The notes under the pieces were generated by a model. The model was given only the letters and a program-made list of their open reading frames with translations. It was not told the DNA's origin and did no database searches. From Macrostomum lignano (taxonomy: Eukaryota), in the NCBI GenBank assembly GCA_002269645.1, contig NIVC01001045.1:117032-181031 (forward strand): DNA of 64,000 bases, in the 5' to 3' direction. Each line of letters starts with the position of its first letter. The stretch's first letter is position 1. The translations under genes and the position numbers were made by a program. Positions 13,577 to 26,835 of the stretch are shown in pieces.

Positions 13577-14568
13577 TTAGGGTTAGGGTTAGTTATAGCG
13601 TCAATTAGGGTTAGGGTTAAGTTAGGGTTAGGGCTGGCATCAATTAGGGTTAGGGTTAGGGTTAGGGCTGGCGTCAATTAGGGTTAGGGTTAAGTTGGGT
13701 TAGGTCTGGCGTCAATTAGGGTTAGGGTTACGTTAGGGTTAGGTCTGGCGTCAATTAGGGCTAGGGTTACGTTAGGGTTAGGGCTGGCGTCAATTAGGGT
13801 TAGGGTTAAGTTAGGGTTAGGGCTAGCGTCAATTAGGGTTAGGGTTACATTAGGGTTAGGGCTAGCGTCAATTAGGGTTAGGGTTAGGGTTAGGGTTATG
13901 GTTAGGGTTAAGTTAGGGTTAGGGCTAGCGTCAATTAGGGTTAGGGTTAAGTTAGGGTTAGGGCTGGCGTCAATTAGGGTTAGGGTTAACTTAGGGTTAG
14001 GGCTAGCGTCAATTAGGGTTAGGGTTAAGTTAGGGTTAGGGCTGGCGTCAATTAGGGTTAGGGTTAACTTAGGGTTAGGGCTAGCGTCAATTAGGGTTAG
14101 GGTTCACTTAGGGTTAGGGCTAGCGTCAATTAGGGTTAGGGTTAACTTAGGGTTAGGGCTAGCGTCAATTAGGGTTAGGGTTAACTTAGGGTTAGGGCTA
14201 GCGTCAATTAGGGTTAGGGTTAAGTTAGGGTTAGGGCTGGCGTCAATTAGGGTTAGGGTTAACTTAGGGTTAGGGCTAGCGTCAATTAGGGTTAGGGTTA
14301 ACTTAGGGTTAGGGCTAGCGTCAATTAGGGTTAGGGTTAACTTAGGGTTAGGGCTAGCGTCAATTAGGGTTAGGGTTAACTTAGGGTTAGGGCTAGCGTC
14401 AATTAGGGTTAGGGTTAACTTAGGGTTAGGGCTAGCGTCAATTAGGGTTAGGGTTAACTTAGGGTTAGGGCTAGCGTCAATTAGGGTTAGGGTTAACTTA
14501 GGGTTAGGGCTAGCGTCAATTAGGGTTAGGGTTAAGTTAGGGTTAGGGTTATGGTTAGGGTTAGGGTT
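13577..14568 (+). repeat. Interstitial telomere-like array, 39-bp higher-order unit built on TTAGGG
   Basis: TTAGGG TTAGGG TTAAC TTAGGG TTAGGG CTAGCG TCAA repeated; the 13-aa period of the overlapping ORF confirms 39 bp. Confidence 0.93.
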
Positions 14569-14595
14569 GGCTACTCTCAGATAAGCTACACTCAG

Positions 14596-15522
14596 ACAGC
14601 AACAGGCGTTTCCCCAGATAAGTTATTCAAAAACAGCAGCATACGTTTCATTAGTCGAAATGAAATAAAAAATATTTTTTCAGCGCGAAAATTTTCTAAG
14701 TCAAAATAATTTTGACACTTAGAGAAATTTTACATTTCTCGGCCAGCGCAGCGGTCCCCCAGAAAAAAAAGAGGCTGTGACAGGTAAGTGGTTGGGTTTG
14801 GTGTTGTGAATAATGATAGTAATAGGTAATGGGTAGATTGGGTGGGTTAGTTAGTTAGTTGTTGTCCCCATTGATGCTCTAATCCGTCTGTTACTAATAA
14901 ATTACTAAATATAGATAGTTACTATTTTGGGTATCAAATTGTTACCATAAATAGAATGTCATACTGCCCCTAAGAGATATAGATCAAATGAGTGTCTATG
15001 GCATTAAAATGAGTACGACACCTACGACACTCAGTAGGTCTATATCTCTTAGGGGCAGTATGACATTCTATTTATGGTAACAATTTGATACCCAAAATAG
15101 TAACCATCTATATTTAGTAATTTATTAAAATTTCTTAATAACAGACAGACAGATTAGAGTAGTGCGCGATAAGCTCAGCTCAGCTTATCTACCTACTACT
15201 ATCATTATTCACAACCCCAACCCAACCACAATTACCTGTCACAGCCTCTTTTTTTTCTGGGGGACCGCTGCGCTTGCTCGAGAAATTAGGGTTAGGGTTA
15301 AGTTAGGGTTAGGGCTGGCGTCAATTAGGGTTAGGGTTAACTTAGGGTTAGGGTTAAGTTAGGGTAAGGGCTGGCTTCAATTAGGGTTAGGGTTAAGTTA
15401 GGGTTAGGGCTAGCGTCAATTAGATTTAGGGCTGGCGTCAATTAGGGTTAGGGTTAACATATTCTGGGAAACGCTGTATGTGAATACTTTTATCCTGGGG
15501 AAGCCACTTGTTGCTGTCTGAG
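14596..15522. mobile_element. Nested foldback (palindromic) element
   Basis: Three inverted-repeat pairs: ~14596-14622/15489-15522, ~14734-14838/15187-15286 and ~14877-14996/15026-15159. Confidence 0.7.
15286..15457 (+). repeat. Second block of the 39-bp TTAGGG-variant repeat
   Basis: Same unit and orientation as 13577-14568. Confidence 0.9.
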
Positions 15523-16112
15523 GGATCTTGGGGGAAGCCACTCTCCCGATGCTTTCCTCTCCTCTCCATGCCATGGGCCGCTGCAATTCAAAATCACACC
15601 CGCCTATTTGTTTCTTCTATTCGTTTGTGACCGCGATTAAGAAAGTACAAGTTAAACTGTCTGGGTTATAATATAGCATGCTGTTTGTACACACTCTAAA
15701 CTCCCTCCTGGCTGAATACTCCTTCTACTGCCCCCTTTTTGCCATAGAATAAAAATTTGAAGTCTCCCTATCGATTTATCACTCTCGATACGTTGTTGCA
15801 GCCATAGACATAGATTGAGGCCGACCTGTCCGTCTCGATGTTTTAAACCCTGACCATTTCGCTCTTGCTCAGTTGTAAGTAGAGCGGCGTCTTGCGCCCG
15901 GCTCCCTCGCTTGCTCTCTCTCTATTATAGATAAGCATAGCTACTACATCCACCTTTCGCGTTTCTATCAAGTAAGTTGCAACTGTGCTTTTTTAATAAG
16001 TTTTATTATATCACGAGTGGAGCTACGCCTTTGATGAAGGTGAAATAGTACGAACTCTCATCCTGGAAATTCTGAAGCGGAAGAACTCCCATTTACTTTT
16101 ATAATCATGTCA

Positions 16113-16610
16113 AAATTGCACTTTCACTATATGTAACAGGTCCCTTACATGCTGCATGTTTAGGTGGAGCAGCCTCTCTCTCTCTCTCTCTCGGATATGC
16201 TATAGCCCTTAACTACTATTGTTTCACAATTGCACTTTCACTATATGTAACAGGTCCCTTACATGCTGCATGTTTAGGTGGAGCAGCCTCTCTCTCTCTC
16301 TCTCTCTCGGATATCCTATAGCCCTTAACTACTATTGTTTCACAATTGCATTTTCACTATATGTAACAGGTCCCTTACATGCTGCATGTCTAGGTGGAGC
16401 AGCCTCTCGGGTATGCTATAACCCTTTAATTATTATTATTTCACATTTGCACTATCACTATATATAACAGGTCCCTTACATGCTGCATGTTTAGGTGGAG
16501 CAATATGCTATAGCACTTTAACTACAATTATCTAATGATCACAGTTTCGCTATACAACAGGTCTATTACATGATGCGAGTTCAGTTGAAGCAGCCTCTCT
16601 ATTATAAGCC
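16113..16610. repeat. ~105-118-bp tandem repeat with internal (CT)n
   Basis: AATTGCACTTTCACTATATGTAACAGGTCCCTTACATGCTGCATG recurs about 4 times plus a degenerate copy. Confidence 0.85.
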
Positions 16611-17024
16611 CTTTTTATTATAGCTAGCGTCTTAAAACAAGTCATGTTTTCTTATGTGTGGAAAGGCATGGAAACTGTATGCGCTACTATTCTGGATAAA
16701 TTGGGAATCTACTACAACGCACTGCTGGCTAATAACTTCAAGCGTTTGAATCTTCATATCGCCAATTCACATAGACTTTCTATCAGTAGCTTTGCAAGTT
16801 TTAATAAATATACTGACGCTGCTATTCTGACATTTGCAAACCCAACTGAATGGATTGGTTAATTGATGGACTTTCGTGTTTCATTATTGTCATCCAGGGT
16901 GACCGTTTGAACTTTTGATATCCAATGAAGGAAAAACAGCTGGATTCATTTAGCGCAACTGCTTTTGATCGGTAATCGAGGTCAAATCACCAGTCTTAGG
17001 GGTCAAAACACCAGTAGAGGTCAC

Positions 17025-18590
17025 ATCACCAGTCAACATGGTCACATCACCAGTCAGTTGGGTCACATCACCAGTCAGTCGGGTCACATCACCATTCAAC
17101 TGGGTCACATCACCTGTCAACATGGTCACATCACCAGTCACCAAGGTCACATCACCAGTCACCAAGGTCACATCACCAGTCATTAAGGTCACATCACCAG
17201 TCACCAAGGTCACATCACCAGTCATTAAGGTCACATCACCAGTCACCAAGGTCACATCACCAGTCAACGCGGTCACAACACCAGTCAACATGGTCACATC
17301 ATCAGTCAACGCGGTCACATCACCAGTCAACGCGGTCACATCACCAGTCAGTTGGGTCACAACACCAGTCAGTCGGGTCACATCACCAGTCAGTCGGGTC
17401 ACATCACCAGTCAGTCGGGTCACATCACCAGTCAGTCGGGTCACATCACCAGTCAATTGGGTCACATCACCAGTCAGTCTGGTCACATCACCAGTCAACT
17501 GGGTCACATCACCAGTCAACGCGGTCACATCACCAGTCAACGCGGTCACATCACCAGTCAGTCAGGTCACATCAACAGTCAGTCATGTCACATCACCAGT
17601 CAGTCGGGTCACATCACCAGTCAATTGGGTCACATCACCAGTCAACATGGTCACATCACCAGTCACCAAGGTCACATCACCAGTCAGTCGGGTCACATCA
17701 CCAGTCAATTGGGTCACATCACCAGTCAACTGGGTCACATCATCAGTCAACGCGGTCACATCACCAGTCAGTCGGGTCACATCACCAGTCAATTGGGTCA
17801 CATCACCAGTCAACGCGGTCACATCACCAGTCAACGCGGTCACATCACCAGTCAACATGGTCACATTACCAGTCAACGCGGTCACATCACCAGTCAGTTG
17901 GGTCACATCACCAGTCAGTCCGGTCACATCACCAGTCAATTGGGTCACATCACCAGTCAGTCTGGTCACATCACCAGTCAACTGGGTCACATCACCAGTC
18001 AACGCGGTCACATCACCAGTCAACGCGGTCACATCACCAGTCAGTCAGGTCACATCAACAGTCAGTCATGTCACATCACCAGTCAGTCGGGTCACATCAC
18101 CAGTCAATTGGGTCACATCACCAGTCAACATGGTCACATCACCAGTCACCAAGGTCACATCACCAGTCAGTCGGGTCACATCACCAGTCAATTGGGTCAC
18201 ATCACCAGTCAACTGGGTCACATCATCAGTCAACGCGGTCACATCACCAGTCAGTTGGGTCACATCACCAGTCAATTGGGTCACATCACCAGTCAACGCG
18301 GTCACATCACCAGTCAACGCGGTCACATCACCAGTCAACATGGTCACATTACCAGTCAACGCAGTCACATCACCAGTCAGTTGGGTCACATCACCAGTCA
18401 GTCGGGTCACATCACCAGTCAGTCGGGTCACATCACCAGTCAACATGGTCACATCACCAGTCACCAAGGTCACATCACCAGTCCCTAAGGTCAAAACACC
18501 AGTCACCAAGGTCACATCACCAGTCCCTAAGGTCAAAACACCAGTAGAGGTCATAACACCAGTAGAGGTCACATCACCAGTCACTAATGT
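17025..18590. repeat. 21-bp minisatellite (GGTCACATCACCAGTCAACGC and variants)
   Basis: About 74 copies; 7-aa periodic pseudo-ORFs in several frames. Confidence 0.96.
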
Positions 18591-19557
18591 GATGTGACCA
18601 TCCAATCCAATTAAACGTAGAAACAATCAAACGAAGCGGAGACTGGGTGAAATGCGTGAAATGATCAAAACTCGCAAGCAAGAGAATAGCTAACTTAACT
18701 AACTATAGATTGAAGAATTGGCTGGCTGGCTGACTGACTTGCATTCTGCCTTCGATTGATGCTTGCGCGCGCGCGTTTTTATCAGTTAGCGGGCTACCCT
18801 CCACGCTTTCTATTTCGATACCAACGAGTTAAATATAAACGGGGGATGACCCTAGACAGTATACAAATGACCTTGTCATCGGCCAATACAGAGCAGCGAA
18901 AACCAACCCCCATAAATACAAGCCAATAGATGCGTAAAATTGATGCTAAAATTGGCGAGCATGGTATATCCTAGGGTCTTAGCTTTTTAGGAACAAGAAG
19001 TAACATGTTGTGCATATCTAATATACTAAAAATGAAATGCTTGGTTGCTTGCTTGTATTTGATTTTCTCCCGAACGGCTCAACCGATTTTCTTCAAACTT
19101 GCACCATTCGATCAGAAATTTTCCCGGGACGGTACATGCATATTGGCTAAGAAATTGCTCAATGTTAAAGGGATTAAATATTCGAAAAACATGATTTTTT
19201 GCAAAGGTCAAGCAGCTCTTTCGACCTGAAATGCATTGTAAGAATGCTAGAGAAAAATCTGACTGGTTGAATTCTGATTCTGAAATAGATTGCATCACAA
19301 TACACTTTATTTATCGTCTGTGTACTGGCTGAATTTGACACTCAATTGAATTGCGTCACAGCTTTGAGGGTGAAAGTATAGTGCAGTACTGAATTTATAT
19401 TACGTAACCATATTGTTAACTTTCATAGACACTGGTACTGACTTGCCTAAGAAATTGATTATGTCATAACTGCTTCGCGTGACTTTTTACTCTACCTGAC
19501 TTGGTGTGAGTGTTGAATTAATTATATAAGTGGTACAAATTCACTGATAACTTCGAT

Positions 19558-19616
19558 GAGAGCTAGCCTAGAGCTGAGCAGACCAGACTGCAAATGCAGC
19601 GACCTGGGTTCGAATC
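19558..19616 (+). promoter_or_regulatory. tRNA-derived Pol III-like cassette (A box/B box), copy 1
   Basis: TAGCCTAGAGC...GACTGCAAAT...GGGTTCGAATC, followed by T6 at 19645-19650. Confidence 0.6.
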
Positions 19617-19689
19617 TAAGTAGTTTAAAAGTAGTAGTGTAAAATTTTTTATTAAAAGCTTTTATTAAAGGACTAAATAAAAACACTTA

Positions 19690-21767
19690 GATTACTGCAC
19701 TCGATAAGCTAAGGATTATTGCTCTTGGCAAACCAAGGAATACTGCACTCGATAAGCCAAGGAATATTGCTCTTGGCAAACCAAGGATTACTGCACTCGA
19801 TAAGCCATGGATTATTGCTATTAATAAACCAAGGATTACTGCACTCGATAAGCCAAGGATTATTGCTATTAATAAACCATGAATTACTGCAATCGATAAG
19901 CCAAGGATTATTGCTATTAATAAACCAAGGATTACTGCACTCATAAGCCATGGATTATTGCTATTAATAAACCAAGGATTACTGCACTCGATAAGCCAAG
20001 GATTATTGCTATTAATAAACCAAGGATTACTGCACTCGATAAACCAAGGATTATTGCTATTAATAAACCAAGGATTACTGCACTCGATAAGCCAAGGACT
20101 ATTGCTATTAATAAACCAAGGATTACTGCACTCAATAAACCAAGGACTATTGCTCTTGGCAAACCAAGGATTACTGCACTCGATAAGCCAAGGACTATTG
20201 CTCTTGGCAAACCAAGGATTACTGCACTCGATAAGCCAAGGACTATTGCTCTTGGCAAACCAAGGATTACTGCACTCGATAAGCCAAGGACTATTGCTCT
20301 TGGCAAACCAAGGATTACTGCACTCGATAAGCCATGGATTATTGCTATTAATAAACCAAGGATTACTGCACTCGATAAGCCAAGGATTATTGCTATTAAT
20401 AAACCAAGGATTATGCACTTGGCAAACCAAGGATTACTGCAATCGATAAGCCAAGGATTATTGCTATTAATAAACCAAGCATTACTGCACTCAATAAACC
20501 AAGGACTATTGCTATTAATAAACCAAGGATTACTGCACTCAAAAAACCAAGGACTATTGCTCTTGGCAAACCAAGGATTACTGCACTCGATAAGCCATGG
20601 ATTATTGCTATTAATAAACCAAGGATTACTGCACTCGATAAGCCAAGGATTATTGCTATTAATAAACCATGAATTACTGCAATCGATAAGCCAAGGATTA
20701 TTGCTATTAATAAACCAAGGATTACTGCACTCATAAGCCATGGATTATTGCTATTAATAAACCAAGGATTACTGCACTCGATAAGCCAAGGATTATTGCT
20801 ATTAATAAACTAAGGATTACTGCACTCGATAAACCAAGGATTATTGCTATTAATAAACCAAGGATTATGCACTTGGCAAACCAAGGATTACTGCAATCGA
20901 TAAGCCAAGGATTATTGCTATTAATAAACCAAGCATTACTGCACTCAATAAACCAAGGACTATTGCTATTAATAAACCAAGGATTACTGCACTCAAAAAA
21001 CCAAGGACTATTGCTCTTGGCAAACCAAGGATTACTGCACTCGATAAGCCAAGGATTATTGCTATTAGTAAACCAAGGATTACTGCACTCGATAAGCCAA
21101 GGATTATTGCTATTAATAAACCAAGGATTAATGCACTCGATAAACCAAGGATTATTGCTATTAATAAACCAAGGATTACTGCACTCGATAAGCCAAGGAT
21201 TATTGCTATTAATAAACCAAGGATTATGCACTTGGCAAACCAAGGATTACTGCACTCGATAAGCCAAGGATTATTGCTATTAATAAACCAAGGATTACTG
21301 CACTCAATAAACCAAGGACTATTGCTATTAATAAACCAAGGATTACTGCACTCAATAAACCAAGGACTATTGCTCTTGGCAAACCAAGGATTACTGCACT
21401 CGATAAGCCAAGGACTATTGCTCTTGGCAAACCAAGGATTACTGCACTCGATAAGCCATGGATTATTGCTATTAATAAACCAAGGATTACTGCACTCGAT
21501 AAGCCAAGGATTATTGCTATTAATAAACCAAGGATTACTGCACTCGATAAGGCATGGATTATTGCTATTAATAAACCAAGGATTACTGCACTCGATAAGC
21601 CAAGGATTATTGCTATTAATAAACCATGAATTACTGCACTCGATAAGCCAAGGATTATTGCTATTAATAAACCAAGGATTACTGCACTCGATAAGCCATG
21701 GATTATTGCTATTAATAAACCAAGGATTACTGCACTCGATAGCCAAGGATTACTGCGCTTGATAAGC
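19690..21767. repeat. 48-bp (2x24) minisatellite inside Helitron unit 1
   Basis: AAACCAAGGATTACTGCACTCGAT / AAGCCAAGGATTATTGCTATTAAT alternate; 16-aa period in the ORF track. Confidence 0.95.
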
Positions 21768-21798
21768 TTGGCTACATGTATAGGATTATTTCTATCCA

Positions 21799-22005
21799 GG
21801 GATGCTTGCTATTTAGGGATTCTTGCTATGTGCAGGATGCTTGCTATCTGGAAGGATGCTTCTACATTATTTGGGGTATGCTTGCTATCTGCAAGATGCT
21901 TGCTATCTGCAAGATGCTTGCTATCTGCAGATGCTTGCTATCTGGGTGGATGCTTGCTAGGAGTATTAGGGGATGCTTGCTACTGGGGGGATGCTTGCTG
22001 TCTTG
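21799..22005. repeat. (GATGCTTGCTATCT..) ~17-20-bp repeat
   Basis: Same motif family as 31599-31942. Confidence 0.85.
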
Positions 22006-22043
22006 GGAATATTTTCTATTTAGGGGTAATGACTAAAATTCAT

Positions 22044-22102
22044 GAGAGCTAGCCTAGAGGTAAACAGACTAAACTGCTAAATGCAGGGACGATGGTTCGA
22101 AT
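22044..22102 (+). promoter_or_regulatory. tRNA-derived Pol III-like cassette, copy 2
   Basis: TAGCCTAGAGG...AACTGCTAAAT...GGTTCGAAT, then a T7 run about 15 bp downstream. Confidence 0.55.
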
Positions 22103-22157
22103 TTTTAGAGAGTAGAGTTTTTTTAATTAAAGCCTTTTAACGCCAAGACAAAAAAAA

Positions 22158-23075
22158 TTATGGAAGCGTCATGTAAACAATCATACAAGCGTCATGTAAA
22201 CAATCATAGAAGCGTCATGTAAACAATCATAGAAGCGTCATGTAAAAATCATAGAAGCGTCATGTAAAAATCATAGAAGCGTAATGTAAACAATCATAGA
22301 AGCGTCATGTTAAAATCATAAAAGCGTCATGTAAACAATCATACAAGCGTCATGTAAACAATCATAGAAGCGTCATGTAAAAAAATCATAGAAGCGTCAT
22401 GTTAAAATCATAAAAGCGTCATAAAAAATCATAGAAGCGTCATGCAAGCAATCATAGAAGCGTAATGTAAACAATCATATAAGCGTCATGTTAAAATCAT
22501 ACAAGCGTCATGTAAACAATCATACAAGCGTCATGTAAACAATCATAGAAGCGTCATGTAAAAAAATCATAGAAGCGTCATGTTAAAATCATAGAAGCGT
22601 CATGTAAACAATCATAGAAGCGTCATGTAAACAATCATAGAAGCGTCATGTAAAAATCATAGAAGCGTCATGTAAAAATCATAGAAGCGTCATGTAAACA
22701 ATCATAAAAGCGTCATGTAAACAATCATAGAAGCGTCATGTATACAATCATAGAAGCGTCATGTAAACAATCATAGAAGCGTCATGTAAAAAATCATAGA
22801 AGCGTCATGTAAAAATCATAGAAGCGTCATGTAAAAATCATAGAAGCGTCATGTAAAAATCATAGAAGCGTCATGTAAAAATCATAGAAGCGTCATGTAA
22901 AAAATCATAGAAGCGTCATGTAAAAATCATAAAAGCGTCATGTAAAAAATCATAGAAGCGTCATGTAAACAATCATACAAGCGTCATGTAAACAATCATA
23001 GAAGCGTCATGTAAAAATCATACAAGCGTCATGTAAACAAGCATAGAAGCGTCATGAAAAAATTATAGAAGCCTC
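22158..23075. repeat. 22-24-bp minisatellite (ATCATAGAAGCGTCATGTAAACA)
   Basis: About 40 tandem copies. Confidence 0.95.
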
Positions 23076-25156
23076 ATATAAAAACTAATGAAAGTGTGTC
23101 ATTTAAAAAATTAAGAAGCATCATGGAAGAATAAAAGAAGCGTAACGTAAAAATCAAAAGAAGCGTCATGTCAGACATGAAAGAAATGTCATATAAAAAT
23201 TAAATGAAGCTATAGTACAGTGCTGTGCTGGGGAGAATTACTGAGACGTCAAGGCTCACAGAGAATAACTGAGATTACAGGGGGGTTTCTGAGATGTTAA
23301 AGCAAAAGTCAGAAGCTACTTCAAAGTACATGTACTTTACTTAAGTTTTTTATTGCATTCTTTGTTGGCTTGCCACGGTGGGGGGGGGCGCTGATAGAAG
23401 AAGAGTCATGTAAAAATAAAAGGAGCACTATGTATACATAAAATAAAAGTCATGTCAAAGTTAAAAGATTCATTTGGGAATTGCTACGATGTCAAAGCTT
23501 GGAGGGAATCGTTATAGTGCTGTGATTCTTAAAGAAGGAATCACTTAAATGCCAAGGCTTAGGGAAGAAGAATTGCTGTGATTTCAAGGCTTTAGGTTGG
23601 GTGAAAGTTAGGTTTACGTCAGGTTTGGGTTGAGGGTTAGATTTTAGCGCGTTTCAAGGTTAACAGGGGATTTTTTAGATTTCAAGGTTTATGGGGGGCA
23701 TCGCTGACATGTCAAGGCTTACGAGGGGAATCTATCTATCTATCTATAGCTGAGATGTCAAGGCTCACGGGGGAATAAATGAGATGTCAAGGCTAATGTC
23801 AGAAGCTACATGTAGTTTATTGGAAAAAAGTTATACATTATTTGTTGGCTCCTCACGGGAGGGATCGCTGATAGAAAAAGCGTAATGTAAAAAAAAAAGA
23901 AGCTTCATGTCAAAGTTAAGAGATTCATTTGGGAATCCCTACGATGTCGAGGCTTGCAGGGAATCGCTATAATGCTGTAGTAGTGCTATAGACTCTTAGA
24001 GAGAATTACTGAAATTTCAATGCTTTAGGGTTAGGGTTAGGGTTAGGGTTAGGGTTAGAAAATAGACAGATTTTTTAAGATTTCAAGGCTTGTGGGAGCA
24101 TTGCTGAGATGTCAAGGGGGGAGTTGATATGTTAAGGCTTGTGGGGGGGGATTGCTGACATGTCAAGGCTTACAAGGGTACTGGTAGCGTACTGAAGCAT
24201 ACTGGTAGAAGTAGCTCTGAAAGAAGGCAAGTATGGTTGAATTTCAATGTCTGTTATAAAATTCTGCACAAACATGTTTTATTGGTACATAAGCCTGGAA
24301 TTAAAATGAGAATTCGATTCCTAGCCCCCCTCCCTAAGAATTTTTTTTCATTTAAAAGGATTCGTCCCTTGCTTATTGGCCACCCCGAAGGCCATTTTTT
24401 ATCAAAAATGATAAAAATAATTTTTATCAAACACGTTGACATATACAGGGCTCTAAACTAAAAACTGTAAAAAGTTGATAGTTTTGTTTTACCTAAAATG
24501 CGTTATTAACGATCTCCAAAAATTCCTATTTTAAGCTTAAGCTTAAGAAAAACACTTAAAGTACTCCTGCTAAAAGGTATATTATATTAGACGAATATTA
24601 ATTATTTCTGCTCCCCGAAGGGGGGCAAAACTTTAGCTAGTCCTAAATACTAAAAATGGTCTGTCTGTGTCTATCTATCTATCTATCTATCTATCTATGT
24701 GATCGATTAGAGAAAAAATGGCTGGACCGATTTTGTTCAAACTTGCACTGTTCGATCAGAAATTTTCCCGTGACTGTACATGCATCGCGGCTAAGAAATT
24801 GCTCGATGCTAAAGGCATTAAATATTCGAAAAACATGCTTTTTTGCAAAGGTCAAGCAAACTTTTTGACTTGAAATGCATTGTAAGAATGCTAGAGAAAA
24901 AACTGACTGGTTGAATTCTGGTTCTGAAATAGATTGCATCATCACTGAATTGTAACTCCGACTTGAATTGAAAATGCAGTGTGGAAGCGTAGCACCAGAC
25001 TTGATTTAAATTGCGTAACCATATTGTTAACTGATACTGACTGACTGAGAAACTGATTATGTCATAACTGCTTCGTGTGATTTACTCTATGCTTGGATTT
25101 TAAACTGTTGAATTATATATATATATAAGTGCAAAATTTGATGTTATCAAAAAGAT

Positions 25157-25215
25157 GAGAACTAGCCTAGAGGTGAACAGACTGAACTGCTAAATGCAGC
25201 GACGATGGTTCGAAT
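25157..25215 (+). promoter_or_regulatory. tRNA-derived Pol III-like cassette, copy 3
   Basis: TAGCCTAGAGG...AACTGCTAAAT...GGTTCGAAT followed by a T run. Confidence 0.55.
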
Positions 25216-25282
25216 TTTCATAGAGTATAATTTTTTTAATTAAAGCTTTTCAACGTCAGGAAAACTAAAAGACTTTTTAAAA

Positions 25283-26835
25283 AGAAGCGTCATGTAAAAA
25301 TCATAGTAGCGTCATGTAAAAAATCGTAGAAGCGTCATATAAAAAATTATAGAAGCGTCATATAAAAATCATAGATGCGTCATTTAAAAAATCATAGAAG
25401 CATCATATAAAAATCATAGATGCGTCATTTAAAAAACCATAGAAGCATCATATAAAAATCATAGATGCGTCATTTAAAAAACCATAGAAGCATCATGTAA
25501 ACAATCATAGAAGCGTCATTTAAAAAATCATAGAAGCATCATATAAAAATCATAGATGCGTCATTTAAAAAATCATAGAAGCATCATGTAAACAATCATA
25601 GAAGCGTCATTTAAAAAAATCATAGAAGCGTCATATAAAAATCATAGATGCGTCATTTAAAAATCATGGAAGCGTCATGTAAACAATCATAGAAGCGTCA
25701 TGTGAAAATCATAGAAGCGTCACGTAAAGAATCATAGAAGCGTCATGTAAACAATCATAGAAGCGTCATGTAAACAATCATAGAAGCGTCATGTAAAAAA
25801 TCATAGAAGCGTCATGTAAACAATTATAGAAGCGTCATGTAAAAAAATCATAGAAGCGTCATGTAAACAATCATAGAAGCGTCATGTAAACAATCATAGA
25901 AGCGTCATGTAAACAATCATAGAAGCGTCATGTAAAAAATCGTAGAAGCGTCATGTAAAAAATCATAGAAGCGTCATGCAAAAATCATAGATGCGTCATT
26001 TAAAAAATCATGGAAGCGTCATGTAAACAATCATAGAAGCGTCATGTAAAAAATCATAGAAGCGTCATATAAAAATCATAGATGCATCATTTAAAAAAAT
26101 CATAGAAGCGTCATATAAAAATCATAGAAGCGTCATGTAAAAATCATAGAAGCGTCATGTAAACAACCATAGAAGCGTCATGTAAGCAATCATAGAAGCG
26201 TCATGTAAACAATCATAGAAGCGTCATGTAAACAATCATAGAAGCGTCATGTAAGCAATCATAAAAGCATCATGTAAACAATCATAGAAGCGTCATGTAA
26301 ACAATCACAGAAGCGTCATGAAAAAATCATAGAAGCGTCATGTAAACAATAATAGAAGCGTCATGTAAACAATCATAGAAGCATCATGTAAAAAATCATA
26401 GTAGCGTCATTTAAAAAATCATAGAAGCATCATGTAAACAATCATAGAAGCGTCATTTAAAAAAATCATAGAAGCGTCATATAAAAATCATAGATGCGTC
26501 ATTTAAAAAATCATAGAAGCGTCATGTGAAAATCATAAAAGCGTCACGTAAAGAATCATAGAAGCGTCATGTAAACAATCATAGAAGCGTCATGTAAACA
26601 ATCATAGAAGCGTCATGTAAACAATCATAGAAGCGTCATGTAAAAAATCATAGAAGCGTCATGTAAACAATCATAGAAGCGTCATGTAAACAATCATAGA
26701 AGCGTCATTTAAAAAATCATAGAAGCGTCATGTAAACAATCATAGAAGCGTCATGTAAAAAATCATAGAAGCGTCATGTAAAAAATCATAGAAGCGTCAT
26801 GTAAAAATCGTAGAAGCGTCATTTAAAAATCATAG
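25283..26835. repeat. 22-24-bp minisatellite, same family as 22158-23075
   Basis: ATCATAGAAGCGTCATGTAAACA, about 65 copies. Confidence 0.95.

Larger units (their letters stand above)
19017..24640 (+). mobile_element. Non-autonomous Helitron, unit 1 (composite)
   Basis: 5' A|TCTAATATACTAAAAATG...AACGGCTCAACCGATTTTCTTCAAACTTG (Lep1-type head); 3' CCCC-GAA-GGGG hairpin then CTAG at 24637-24640. Confidence 0.85.

Noticed and set aside
13577-14568. True chromosome end
   Set aside because: The array is internal, is a 39-bp variant unit, and has unique sequence on both sides.
16950-21762. Many 100-520-aa periodic ORFs resembling antifreeze or mucin proteins
   Set aside because: They are open in several frames on both strands, as expected for 21- and 48-bp repeats lacking stops, and have no unique domains or splice context.
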